NCBI GenBank assembly: GCA_028289445.1
Contig: JANQPO010000014.1
Coordinates: forward strand, 467,944-531,943
Reading direction: 5' to 3'
Length of the DNA: 64,000 nucleotides
DNA from: Tepidamorphaceae bacterium
Lineage (GTDB): Bacteria; Pseudomonadota; Alphaproteobacteria; Rhizobiales; JAKSCL01
Position 1 is the stretch's first letter. Each line of letters starts with the position of its first letter. The notes under the pieces were generated by a model that was given only the letters and a program-made list of their open reading frames with translations, did no database searches and was not told where the DNA came from. The position numbers were made by a program, and so were the translations under genes. Of the stretch, positions 19,804-29,417 are shown piece by piece.

Positions 19804-20019
19804 ATGCCGGTCAAACTTCGAAAGTTTCTAGGAATGGTCGCCATTCTCGTCATCATGGTGGTTTACGCCTTCATCTCCATGATGGTTGCCGTACGTTATG
19901 TGCTCGATACCCCGCACTGGGTGCAGTTGCTCTATTTCTTGATTGCCGGCATGGCCTGGGCCTTGCCGGTGATGCCGGTCATCCGCTGGATGCAGCGGCC
20001 GGCACAGGACGCGACTTAA
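19804..20019 (+). CDS. DUF2842 domain-containing small membrane protein
   Basis: 71 aa with two TM helices. It is divergent from ctaA, as is usual for this family in alphaproteobacteria (recalled from memory). Confidence 0.7.
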   Translation: MPVKLRKFLGMVAILVIMVVYAFISMMVAVRYVLDTPHWVQLLYFLIAGMAWALPVMPVIRWMQRPAQDAT

Positions 20020-20035
20020 CCAAGCGAGCCTAGAT

Positions 20036-20734
20036 CTAGGGTGATTCCGCCGCGTGACGAAGCGCCGCCCGCGCCAGAAGGCGCGTGGAATCAAGTGTCG
20101 GCAGCGCGGCATTGGCGTCATCGATGATCAGGGGCAGTTCCGTGCAGCCGAGAATGACGCAGTCGGCACCCTTCGATTTCAAGCGATGAATCGCGTCTTG
20201 AACATAAGCGGTTGAGTTTGAATCGAAAACGCCCTGAACCAGTTCATCCATGATGATACGGTTGATCTCAATGTTCTCTTGCGCATATGGGCGGACATAG
20301 CCGAGGTCGAGGGCGGTCAAAGCGTCTGGATAGACGGTGCTGTCGACCAGCCACTTCGTTCCGGTGATCGCTGGGCGTTGAAAGCCTCTCCTTGCGACTT
20401 CGGCAGCCACAACATCCGCGATATGAAGCCAGGGGAGCGGAGAGTGCGCGCTGACATGCACCATGGCCTGATGGATCGTGTTGTCCGGGCAGATCAGAAA
20501 ATCCGCCCCGCCAGCCGCCAGCTTCTCCGCTGAGGACAGCATGAGCGCCGCAATGCCGGACATGTCTCCTCGCTCAAGACAATCGACATAGGCGGCAAGC
20601 GAATGCGTGTGGATGGAGACTTCCGGGTGGGCGTGGGGCGCATCTAAAAGCGCGGCGCCCTCCTGGCAGATTGTACGATAGCATAAAGCCGCGCCTTCCG
20701 CGGAACACGCTACGATGCCGATATGCTTGGTCAT
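20036..20734 (-). CDS. aspartate/glutamate racemase family protein
   Basis: 232 aa with two Cys-containing half-sites (IGIVACSAEG and VILGCTELP). Confidence 0.85.
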   Translation of the reverse strand: MTKHIGIVACSAEGAALCYRTICQEGAALLDAPHAHPEVSIHTHSLAAYVDCLERGDMSGIAALMLSSAEKLAAGGADFLICPDNTIHQAMVHVSAHSPLPWLHIADVVAAEVARRGFQRPAITGTKWLVDSTVYPDALTALDLGYVRPYAQENIEINRIIMDELVQGVFDSNSTAYVQDAIHRLKSKGADCVILGCTELPLIIDDANAALPTLDSTRLLARAALRHAAESP

Positions 20735-20775
20735 CGGGACGGCGCCAGGCCTTTTTCCTATTGTGAACCTGGGCC

Positions 20776-21828
20776 TTAGGCGCTGACCTTGCGAAAACCG
20801 TTATAGAGCGCAAACGGCGCGCCGGTCAGGAACAGATCGAGATATTTCAGACCCTGATAGTCGCCGTTGAGCGACACCCGCGGCAGGCTCGTCAGATGGT
20901 TGCTATGGGCGCGAAAGAGCATCCCCGGCCGGGTCGTGACGGCCGTCTTGAAGTCCAGGCGGCGCGCGATTTCGAACTCGCGTGGGCCGGCTGATCCGGC
21001 ATCGCCATAGGGATATGAGAAATGCGTCGGGCGCGTCCCGATGCGATCGGCGATGATCCCGGCACCCTCGTCCATCTCGGTGCGCGCGCGCTCCGCGTCC
21101 AGCTTGGCGAGCGCGAAATGGCCGATGGTGTGCGCGCCAATCGTCACCAGCGGATCGGCTGACAGCGCTTTGATCTCATCCCACGTCATCGACTGGGTTG
21201 CGCACAGCTCGACAAGGTCGATGCCATAGCGGTTGCAAAGATCGCGGATGAAGGAGCGTTGCAGGTCCTGGTCGCAATCGCGCATCCACCAGTAGACGCG
21301 CTCATAGGCCGCGTTCTTGTCGGCGTCCGTTTCAGCTGCGAGCACGACCTCCTCATCGCCGAGGCAGCATGAAATCTGCGCATGGTTGCGAATGACGGCT
21401 TCAAGTGCGAGCCACCAAAGATCGGCGGTGCCATCCGGCAGACCGGTCGCGACATAGACGCAAAACGGTGCGTCGAGGCGCTTGAGGATAGGATACGCGA
21501 TTTCGAGATTGTCGCGATAGCCATCGTCGAAGGTCAGGACGGCGAACCGCCGGTCATCCGTATCGTCCATCAGCCGGTCGTGCGCCTCATCGAGGGACAC
21601 AATGTCGAGCCCGGCCCAACGGATGCGGGTGACAACGGCTTCAAGGAACTCAGGAGCAATCTGCAAAATGCTGTTGGGCGCGAAGCCGGGCGCAGGGTTA
21701 GGCCGCACGTGATGCATGGTGAAGATCACCCCGCGCCCGCCGACGATCGGAGCAAGTATGCGATGCGTGCCGGATGCGTACATCGCGTTCAGTCCAGCGC
21801 GAAACAACGTCGTCTTAAGCCTATTCAC
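20776..21828 (-). CDS. polysaccharide deacetylase family protein (NodB homology domain)
   Basis: It has the TFDDGYRDN motif plus a downstream His motif (IGAHTIGH). The track ORF runs to 22371, but that N-terminus is junk. I prefer GTG at 21828 (VNRLKTTLFRAG...), preceded by GGGAG with 8-nt spacing. The alternative start is ATG at 21885. Confidence 0.85.
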   Translation of the reverse strand: MNRLKTTLFRAGLNAMYASGTHRILAPIVGGRGVIFTMHHVRPNPAPGFAPNSILQIAPEFLEAVVTRIRWAGLDIVSLDEAHDRLMDDTDDRRFAVLTFDDGYRDNLEIAYPILKRLDAPFCVYVATGLPDGTADLWWLALEAVIRNHAQISCCLGDEEVVLAAETDADKNAAYERVYWWMRDCDQDLQRSFIRDLCNRYGIDLVELCATQSMTWDEIKALSADPLVTIGAHTIGHFALAKLDAERARTEMDEGAGIIADRIGTRPTHFSYPYGDAGSAGPREFEIARRLDFKTAVTTRPGMLFRAHSNHLTSLPRVSLNGDYQGLKYLDLFLTGAPFALYNGFRKVSA

Positions 21829-21939
21829 AATTGGCGCTCCCAGCCCAACCGAATGGTCACATATATTCCCTAGGATACAGCTCATCCTGCCGGACGAAGA
21901 TTGACCGTCCGTTGCTAGAACTCGGGTTTTAAGGACGAG

Positions 21940-23172
21940 ATGTCTGCGCGACTGATTGAACAGGCTGACTGGAGCGACCTGAAGCCAACGCTTGCGCACA
22001 GCGCATCGGTGTCGTCGACATCGCCCATTGGAAAGATCGAGCTTTTCGAGAGCTTTGCCGACGTGGCTGATTCTTGGCGCGCGTTCGAGACCACCGCGAC
22101 CTGCACGCCCTATCAGCGCTACGACTGGTTGCGGATCTGGCAGGACCATATCGGTGCTGCCGAAGATGTCCGCCCCGTCTTGTGCCAGGTCAAAGATCCG
22201 TCTGGACGACTTCTCGCGATTCTTCCCTTTGGCCGATACCGACATGGTGGCTTTCGCGTTGCCAGTTGGCTCGGCGACAAGCACATGAACTATTTCATGG
22301 GGCTCTACGCTCCAGGCGACGCGGTCCTTGAGATCGACTGGCGGCCGGTGCTCAAGTGGATTGCCCGGCACTCAGACATCGATGTCTTCTTTCTGAAGAA
22401 CCAACCCCGGACCTGGCACGGTCGGCCCAATCCCATGGCCAGCCTACCGAGCCATCCCTCGCCGAGCCAGGCTTACAGCACTGCGCTTGATCCCGACTTT
22501 GAGACTTTTCTGGAAAGCCGCCGGCCCGGTCGTTGGAAACGCCTCCTGCGGAACAAGGAAAGGAAGCTGGCCTTGGAGGGCAACATCACGGTTGCCCGCT
22601 TCGTCAATTGCGACGAGGCGAGCGCCGTGCTTGAGACCTATTTCAACCAGAAGGCCCGCCGCCTGTCCGAACACGGCATCCCAAATCCGTTCGATCCGCC
22701 TTATGTCCGCGCCTTCTTCAAGGACGTGGTTTGCAGTCAGGACCGGGATGATCCCCTGCTCGAGCTTTATGCGCTTTATTGCGACAACGATATCTTGGCG
22801 GTCTATGCCGGCAGCGGGCTTCAAAACCGCTTTTCGACGTCGATCTGTTCGATCACGGACAGCCCATTAAACCGCTACAGTCCCGGCGAGCAGCTGCTTA
22901 AGGCGCTGATTGCCGATCGATGCGCGCGTGGCGATACCATGCTCGATCTCGGCATCGGTGAGAGCCGCTATAAGCGGCACTGGTGCCCCGACACGGACGA
23001 TCTGTTCGATACGCTGGTTCCGGTGACGGCGGCCGGTCACGTCGCGAAACATCTGGCGATCATGGCGCGTCGGGCGAAGCGGGCGATCAAACAAAACGAA
23101 CGCGCCTGGTCTGTCTACTCGGCTCTTCGTTCGCTAAAGGCCGGCAAGCCTTGGCATCCGAACGAAACCTAG
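21940..23172 (+). CDS. GNAT-fold N-acyltransferase of the CelD/BioF2-like (FemAB-like, Acetyltransf_6) type
   Basis: 410 aa, with ATG preceded by AAGGA. Architecture and conserved blocks (YQRYDW...W, LDLGIGESRYKRHW) match the cellulose-biosynthesis CelD-like / Caulobacter HfsK-like family as I remember it. Confidence 0.75.
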   Translation: MSARLIEQADWSDLKPTLAHSASVSSTSPIGKIELFESFADVADSWRAFETTATCTPYQRYDWLRIWQDHIGAAEDVRPVLCQVKDPSGRLLAILPFGRYRHGGFRVASWLGDKHMNYFMGLYAPGDAVLEIDWRPVLKWIARHSDIDVFFLKNQPRTWHGRPNPMASLPSHPSPSQAYSTALDPDFETFLESRRPGRWKRLLRNKERKLALEGNITVARFVNCDEASAVLETYFNQKARRLSEHGIPNPFDPPYVRAFFKDVVCSQDRDDPLLELYALYCDNDILAVYAGSGLQNRFSTSICSITDSPLNRYSPGEQLLKALIADRCARGDTMLDLGIGESRYKRHWCPDTDDLFDTLVPVTAAGHVAKHLAIMARRAKRAIKQNERAWSVYSALRSLKAGKPWHPNET

Positions 23173-23176
23173 AGCG

Positions 23177-25765
23177 CTAAGCAGCGGCACCGGCAGGGCC
23201 GACCTTGATGGCGTCCACCGTTTCTTGATCCGGTGCATAGACGACCACTGCACCACTGCCGGCGTTTTGTGCGCGAACGCCGGCTTCTTCGAGATCGATG
23301 GTGTAGTCGCCATCAAGCTCGACCAAAATGGTCCGATCGGCCCGGCCGGCAAGAGCTGCCGCCTCTGGCGACACCAAGATGGGCGATGCCGCCAGGATGA
23401 CCGCGTCATACGTCTGAACCAGCGCCTCCAGGACGAGCCCAAAACGATCGGACTCTGCCAAGCCGGTCACCAGCGGCCCGCGATCGGCGCAAATCAGATG
23501 GACCGTGGGCGCTTTATCGCGCTGAATCACATGCGCAAAGCGCGCGCGCCCCGATAGAAGCGTTCGCAGGCCGAACCGCGCCTGTCGCGTGGACTCATCC
23601 GTATCGTTGACATCGACGACGATCACGCGTCGGTCGTCCTTTCCAAGACTGCGCGCAAGCGCCAAAGCGACCGGAAGCGAGACACCATCCGCGCGCGGTG
23701 TCGCCACCAGCGTCGTCTTGCCACCGGACGCCAGGCGCGCCCGAATGTCGTCGGCCGACGTCGCGAGACCTGGCACTTGGTCCACCGTATCCGACGTGTA
23801 GTCCGAGACATCGCCCAAGTGAACGGGCTCGGCCGGCTCGACTGCGACCGGCCCACTTGCGATCTGAATGCGATCGGATTCGCGCTGATCGTTCGGCGCG
23901 TCAGTGATCTGGTCGCTTTCGGACATGTCACGGTGATGATCGATGTCGGCGCTTTCGACCAAGCCCGTTGAAACCGCAAGATCCAGGATCGGGTCATCCT
24001 CCGCGACCACTCGTTCTTGCGCCTCGGGAGCGGCGGTCGGCTCGGGTGCCGTATCGTCGACCTCGGTAGCGACCGACGGATCGAGCGCCGGCTGACCTTC
24101 TGCTTGCTCGACCGGCTGTTCTTTTGGTTTTCTCAGAACTTCAATGCGTGCGGCCAGCAACTCTGGTGTCGGCGCTTCGGGCTCCTGCGCCTCTGTTTCT
24201 GATGTCGAGATCTGAGGTTCTGCGCCCGGCGACAAAGGCTCCTCGACCGGTATGCGCGGTTCCGGCGCAGGCGGTCGAGGCTCCCGAACCTGGGGCGGCA
24301 CCTGAACGGGTCCATAATCATCCGCCAGCCCGACCGCGGCGTAGCGCATCAAGTACCGCATTGTGATGATGCCGGCGACAATGAGCGCGGTCATCACCAT
24401 GGCGGCAATCATCAATATGCCAAGTTCTGGAGCAGCCGGCATGTTCGACGCCAATGGGCGCGAAATCACCCGCGCATCGGGGGCGACGGCATTGGGATCT
24501 TGCCGCGCGCTCGCCTCGCGAAACCGGACCAGCAGCGTTTCGAGAAGCTCGCGCTGGGAGTTCGCCTCGCGCTCGAGTTCCTGCAATCGCACCGTGCTTG
24601 CCGTCGTGGACGACACCTGAGCCTTGATTGCCTCAAGATTGGCGCGAATCGAAGCCTCGCGCGCGCTTGCGATATCGGCCTCCGATTCTAGCGCTGCCGC
24701 GATCTTGCTCATTTCCTCAAGGATTTGATCGCGCAACCCGTTGATCTCGGCGTCAATTTCACGGACCCGCGGATGCCCTGGAAGAAGCGTCGCCAAGAGT
24801 TCGGAACGACTCGAACGCAGCGAAATCAGGCGTTCTTGCAGTCGGGTGAAGAGCTGAGAATCGAGCACTTCCGCCGATCCATCGAGGGCTCGCCCGGACG
24901 CCAACATAGTACGGATTGCCTGGGCGCGGGCCTGCGCCTCGCTCTTTTGCGTCTGCGCCAAAATGAGCTGGCTGTTGAGTTCCGAAAGTTGCTGGGCATT
25001 GAGCGTCGTATTGTTTTGACCGATCAAAAGTCCCGATTCAGCACGGAAGTCGGCGACGACCTGCTCGGCTTCGGCCACCCGCTCACGAAGCGAATCGATC
25101 TGCGTGCTGAGCCAAGCCGTGGCGTCCCGCGTCGTCGCCTGTTTGGCCTCGCGTTGCACGCTCAAATATTCGTCGATCAGCGCATTGACGACTGCCGCGG
25201 CCCGCTGCGGCTCCTTTGAGCGGAACCGGACGGTGATGACCCGTGACTCATCGATCGCGAAAACCGAGAGGCGGTCCAGGTAGGAATCGATAACCCGCTC
25301 TTGCGCCGTCATTCGGTTCGGATTGCGCTTCAAGCCCGCAGCGACCAGGATCCGCGACACAAGCCCTTGCGACTTCAGCAGCGGATCGAACTCCGAACTA
25401 CTCGCAAGATCCAGTTTCTCGGCAACCGCCGCCCCCAAATCATAGGACTGCAGCAACTGCACCTGCGACCGAATTGCGGCGTCGTCGAGCACCGCCTGGC
25501 TGTCGAAGCCTGTCGAACCGGGACTGACCGGACGGGTAAAGGCATCATCCTGGACTTCGACGAGGATCTGCGCTTCCGAAATGAATCTGGGGCTGGACTG
25601 GCTCCCGAAGAAGAAGACGAGAGCGCCAACAAACAACGATATTCCAATGATTAAGGGGAAACTCTTGACCAGAACTATGAACAGACTTGGAAATGTCGCC
25701 GCCGACGCGGGCCTGGAGGCCGCAGCATCTGCCAAGGTCACAGAATCTCGATTGAACAAGAACAT
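23177..25765 (-). CDS. polysaccharide co-polymerase / exopolysaccharide transport protein (GumC/ExoP/Wzc-like) with degenerate C-terminal P-loop domain
   Basis: 862 aa. It has an N-terminal TM helix, a Wzz/GNVR-type periplasmic coiled-coil region and a second TM helix (ILMIAAMVMTALIVAGIIT). This is followed by a long Pro/Glu-rich linker and a C-terminal domain resembling BY-kinases but without GxxxxGK[ST]. Confidence 0.85.
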   Translation of the reverse strand: MFLFNRDSVTLADAAASRPASAATFPSLFIVLVKSFPLIIGISLFVGALVFFFGSQSSPRFISEAQILVEVQDDAFTRPVSPGSTGFDSQAVLDDAAIRSQVQLLQSYDLGAAVAEKLDLASSSEFDPLLKSQGLVSRILVAAGLKRNPNRMTAQERVIDSYLDRLSVFAIDESRVITVRFRSKEPQRAAAVVNALIDEYLSVQREAKQATTRDATAWLSTQIDSLRERVAEAEQVVADFRAESGLLIGQNNTTLNAQQLSELNSQLILAQTQKSEAQARAQAIRTMLASGRALDGSAEVLDSQLFTRLQERLISLRSSRSELLATLLPGHPRVREIDAEINGLRDQILEEMSKIAAALESEADIASAREASIRANLEAIKAQVSSTTASTVRLQELEREANSQRELLETLLVRFREASARQDPNAVAPDARVISRPLASNMPAAPELGILMIAAMVMTALIVAGIITMRYLMRYAAVGLADDYGPVQVPPQVREPRPPAPEPRIPVEEPLSPGAEPQISTSETEAQEPEAPTPELLAARIEVLRKPKEQPVEQAEGQPALDPSVATEVDDTAPEPTAAPEAQERVVAEDDPILDLAVSTGLVESADIDHHRDMSESDQITDAPNDQRESDRIQIASGPVAVEPAEPVHLGDVSDYTSDTVDQVPGLATSADDIRARLASGGKTTLVATPRADGVSLPVALALARSLGKDDRRVIVVDVNDTDESTRQARFGLRTLLSGRARFAHVIQRDKAPTVHLICADRGPLVTGLAESDRFGLVLEALVQTYDAVILAASPILVSPEAAALAGRADRTILVELDGDYTIDLEEAGVRAQNAGSGAVVVYAPDQETVDAIKVGPAGAAA

Positions 25766-25935
25766 CGGGCGCCGACTCGCTGATCGCTATGCCCGAGTAG
25801 AGGGAAATTATGGTTGCGACTCGGTTAACGCCATTCCACAGGCGGTTCTGTGTGTCGCGTTTCGGGGCTGTGGCACTGGCAGCAAAACGACGTTCATCAG
25901 CCATTTATTAACCACGTTGGCGCACAGTCTCCACA

Positions 25936-26559
25936 ATGGTTCACCAGCGGGATGGCGGCGTAATGGATCGCGTAGGTATTGGCGTGCGGGTTTTTCAGGT
26001 TGCGATCGTGGTCTGCCTCGCCGTGCTCCTGGCCGGCTGTCAAACGGGACACAGCGGCCTGGTTCAACATGCCTCGGCCACCGACGGCGATGCCTACGAA
26101 ACGTCTTATCGCCTCGGACCCGAGGATCGCCTGCGTCTCATCGTCTTTGGCCAGGACGACCTCTCCAACATCTACACGATTGACGGCGACGGCCGGATAT
26201 CCGTTCCTTTGATCGGGCTCGTCACTGTCGCTGGCCTCACGACCGCGGAGGTCGAGAGTGTCGTTGGGGATAAGCTGCGGAATGGTTTCATCCGTAATCC
26301 GAACGTCACAGTCGAAGTTCAGACTTACCGTCCGTTCTTCATTCTGGGCCAGGTTCGTCAACCCGGACAGTATCCGTTCCAGTCTGGCATTACCGTGAAA
26401 TCGGCGGTGGCGATCGCCGGCGGTTTCACAGACCGAGCCATGCAGCGACGCGTCAAGATCACGCGGACAATCGGCGCGGAAACCTATCGGGCGACCGCAA
26501 AGAGCGACACGCTGGTCATGCCAGGTGACACCATTGAGGTTTTTGAACGCCTGTTCTGA
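25936..26559 (+). CDS. polysaccharide export outer-membrane lipoprotein (Wza/ExoF-like: Poly_export plus SLBB)
   Basis: Lipobox LLAGC. It has the PEDRLRLIVFGQDDLS...VQTYRPFFILGQV block. At 207 aa it is a short Wza type. The alternative start is ATG at 25963. Confidence 0.88.
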   Translation: MVHQRDGGVMDRVGIGVRVFQVAIVVCLAVLLAGCQTGHSGLVQHASATDGDAYETSYRLGPEDRLRLIVFGQDDLSNIYTIDGDGRISVPLIGLVTVAGLTTAEVESVVGDKLRNGFIRNPNVTVEVQTYRPFFILGQVRQPGQYPFQSGITVKSAVAIAGGFTDRAMQRRVKITRTIGAETYRATAKSDTLVMPGDTIEVFERLF

Positions 26560-26574
26560 TTAAGAGTCAATGCG

Positions 26575-27762
26575 ATGGCGCGAGTTCTTCATGTTATGCG
26601 TTCGCCAGTCGGCGGCCTCTTCCGCCATGTGTTGGACCTTTCGCGAGAACAGATCCGACGCGGGCATGCGGTTGGACTCCTGTGCGATCGCGAGACCGGC
26701 GGTGACAAGGCGCAAGCGCTGCTTGCGGCAATTGCCAAGGACTACGCCCTTGGCGTCCACCGTATCTCCATGGCGCGGCGGCCTGGGTTGTCCGACATCC
26801 TTTCCGTTCATCGCGCAATCGGCCTGGCGTCGCATCACGAAGCCGATGTCGTGCACGGGCACGGTGCCAAGGGCGGCGCCTATGCACGGCTGATCGCCGC
26901 CCGCTCGCAGCGCGGCGGCGGCCCGATCGCGGCCTTCTACACGCCACACGGCGGTGCCCTGCATTACGATCCCGATACACGTCAAGGGCGTCTGTTCTTC
27001 GCGTTCGAACGGTTTGCTCAACGCTGGACGAATGCGATCCTATTCGAAAGCCAGTACGGCCTGCAGGCCTATGCGGATAAGATCGGCCGCCCCACCTGCC
27101 CCACGCTTGTGATCCACAACGGCATTCGCACCGACGAGTTTTCGCCCGTCACATTGATGGCGGATGCTGTCGACCTGTTGTTCATCGGCGAGATGCGTAG
27201 GCTGAAAGGCGTCTCGGTCCTGCTCGATGCTCTGGCGCTCCTAACCTCCGAGGGCCGCCCGGTAACGGCGCTTTTGGTCGGTGACGGCCCGGACGTCGAC
27301 GAGTTCAAGGAACAAGCAATGGCGCTTCGGCTGCGCGACACGGTGCGCTTCGCGCCACCCATGCCGGCACGCGATGCCTTTGCACGGGCGCGCGCGATTG
27401 TCGTGCCGTCCCTGAATGAGTCTCTCCCCTATATCGTGCTGGAGGCCGCTGCAGCCGGCCTGCCGATGGTCGCGACCGCCGTCGGCGGCATTCCGGAGAT
27501 CTTCGCTGGAGAGGCGCGCAGACTCGTGCAACCGCACGACCCGCGCGGTCTCGCCGATGCAATTGCTGAGTTGGTCGCCAACCCGAACCAGGCGGCAGCC
27601 GATGCCGCGGCCCTTCGTGCCGCGATCAAGAGCGGGTTCTCGATCCCGGCAATGGCCGACGGCGTATTGACGGCCTATGCCAAGTTCGGCGGCCCAAGAA
27701 CGGCAGATTTGCGCCAGCCCGCCACCCGTCCCAGAGCACGCCAGCCGGCCCCTGGCGAATAA
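26575..27762 (+). CDS. glycosyltransferase family 4 (GT-B fold)
   Basis: C-terminal ESLPYIVLEAAAAGLPMVATAVGGIPEI (EX7E-type motif). 395 aa. Confidence 0.88.
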   Translation: MARVLHVMRSPVGGLFRHVLDLSREQIRRGHAVGLLCDRETGGDKAQALLAAIAKDYALGVHRISMARRPGLSDILSVHRAIGLASHHEADVVHGHGAKGGAYARLIAARSQRGGGPIAAFYTPHGGALHYDPDTRQGRLFFAFERFAQRWTNAILFESQYGLQAYADKIGRPTCPTLVIHNGIRTDEFSPVTLMADAVDLLFIGEMRRLKGVSVLLDALALLTSEGRPVTALLVGDGPDVDEFKEQAMALRLRDTVRFAPPMPARDAFARARAIVVPSLNESLPYIVLEAAAAGLPMVATAVGGIPEIFAGEARRLVQPHDPRGLADAIAELVANPNQAAADAAALRAAIKSGFSIPAMADGVLTAYAKFGGPRTADLRQPATRPRARQPAPGE

Positions 27763-27860
27763 CGGCGCAAGCGCTCCTGCTTTCTGTTCGGTTAACAGAT
27801 TCTAGAGACTATGAATCGTAGGTTTGGCGCATAGTTATCTCATGTTGCGAGTCGGCACTC

Positions 27861-29417
27861 ATGCAGTCTTCCGGCCCTGGGTCGAGCGCGCCAACGGATA
27901 CGCCAATTCCCACTGAAAGTTCGGGTGCGGACGATCGGCGGCGCGCGCCGCGTTCGGGCATCGTCCTCAATCCGAACGCGCGTGAAGTCGCGACGACGAT
28001 CCGCGGTGGCCGCAACATCTCGCAAACGATGATCTCTGGGGCGGCTTGCCTCGTTGAGTTCCTCGTTCTGCTGGCGGTTGGAAGCGCGATATTTGCCTTC
28101 CATGTCTATCCGGTTGAGGGCATGGCCCTTCACTACCTGGCTCTGTTGGCGTTGTTGCCGACGCTTGCCATCTTCGGCTTTCAGGCGGCCAACCTCTATA
28201 CGATTTCCGCGCTGCGGACCCCGGTTCGAACGATTGCTCACATCGGCGTTGCCTGGACGAGCCTGTTTGCGCTCGTCGCCATCTTCATCTTCCTGTCGAA
28301 GTCGGGAAGCGAATACTCGCGCGTCATGTACACAGCCTGGTTTGTGTCCGGGCTTTTTGCCTTGTTCTTGCTACGGATGCTCTTGTTCGGGTTCGTCAAG
28401 ACCTGGAGCCGGGAAGGCCGTCTTGATCGACGCGCGGTTCTGGTCGGCGGTGGCGATGATGTCGAGCACCTCGTCAGCGCTTTGGAGGCATCGGCTGAGG
28501 CCGATATCCAGATCGTCGGGATCTTCGACGATCGCGACGATGCGCGATCGCCTTTGGTTCAGGCCGGCTACCGCAAGCTTGGCACAACCGATGAGCTGAT
28601 TGAGTTCGTGCGCATGACGCATGTCGATCTCCTGATCGTCTCGCTGCCGATCACGGCGGAGAACCGGCTGCTTCAGATGCTGCAAAAGCTCTGGGTCCTG
28701 CCGGTCGACGTTCGGCTTTCCGCGCACACCAACAAGCTGCGGTTCAAGCCGCGTGCCTATTCCTATATCGGCAATGTGCCCTTCCTCGACGTGATCGACC
28801 GGCCGATCGGCGACTGGGATTTCGTGCTGAAATCGATCTTCGACCGGTCCATCGCCTTTGCAGCGCTCCTGGCCCTGTCGCCGATCATGATCGCGACCGC
28901 GCTGGCTATCAAGCTAACCAGCAAAGGGCCCGTTCTGTTCCGCCAGAACCGCTATGGCTTCAACAATGAACTCATCGGCGTCTACAAGTTCCGGTCGATG
29001 TACACGGACCGCTGTGACGCAAACGCCGCCAAACTGGTTTCAAAGAACGATCCGCGCGTGACGCCCGTTGGTCGGATCATCCGCAAAACCTCCATCGATG
29101 AATTGCCGCAGCTTTTCAATGTTCTGAAAGGCGAACTTTCGCTTGTCGGCCCCCGCCCCCATGCGGTCCAGGCCAAGGCGGCCGATGAACTCTACGACCA
29201 AGTGGTTGATGGCTATTTTGCCCGCCACAGAGTGAAGCCAGGGATCACCGGGTGGGCACAGATTAACGGCTGGCGCGGTGAGACCGACACGCGCGAGAAA
29301 ATCGAGCGACGTGTCGAGCATGATCTCTATTACATCGAGAACTGGTCGGTGTTCTTCGATATCTACATTCTCGCCATCACGCCCTTGAAGCTGTTCGAGA
29401 CGGAAAGCGCATACTGA
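27861..29417 (+). CDS. polyprenyl-phosphate glycosyl-1-phosphate transferase (WbaP/WcaJ-type initiating sugar transferase)
   Basis: 518 aa. It has N-terminal TM helices, a central Rossmann-like region and the C-terminal bacterial sugar transferase domain (DELPQLFNVLKGELSLVGPRPH). Confidence 0.9.
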   Translation: MQSSGPGSSAPTDTPIPTESSGADDRRRAPRSGIVLNPNAREVATTIRGGRNISQTMISGAACLVEFLVLLAVGSAIFAFHVYPVEGMALHYLALLALLPTLAIFGFQAANLYTISALRTPVRTIAHIGVAWTSLFALVAIFIFLSKSGSEYSRVMYTAWFVSGLFALFLLRMLLFGFVKTWSREGRLDRRAVLVGGGDDVEHLVSALEASAEADIQIVGIFDDRDDARSPLVQAGYRKLGTTDELIEFVRMTHVDLLIVSLPITAENRLLQMLQKLWVLPVDVRLSAHTNKLRFKPRAYSYIGNVPFLDVIDRPIGDWDFVLKSIFDRSIAFAALLALSPIMIATALAIKLTSKGPVLFRQNRYGFNNELIGVYKFRSMYTDRCDANAAKLVSKNDPRVTPVGRIIRKTSIDELPQLFNVLKGELSLVGPRPHAVQAKAADELYDQVVDGYFARHRVKPGITGWAQINGWRGETDTREKIERRVEHDLYYIENWSVFFDIYILAITPLKLFETESAY

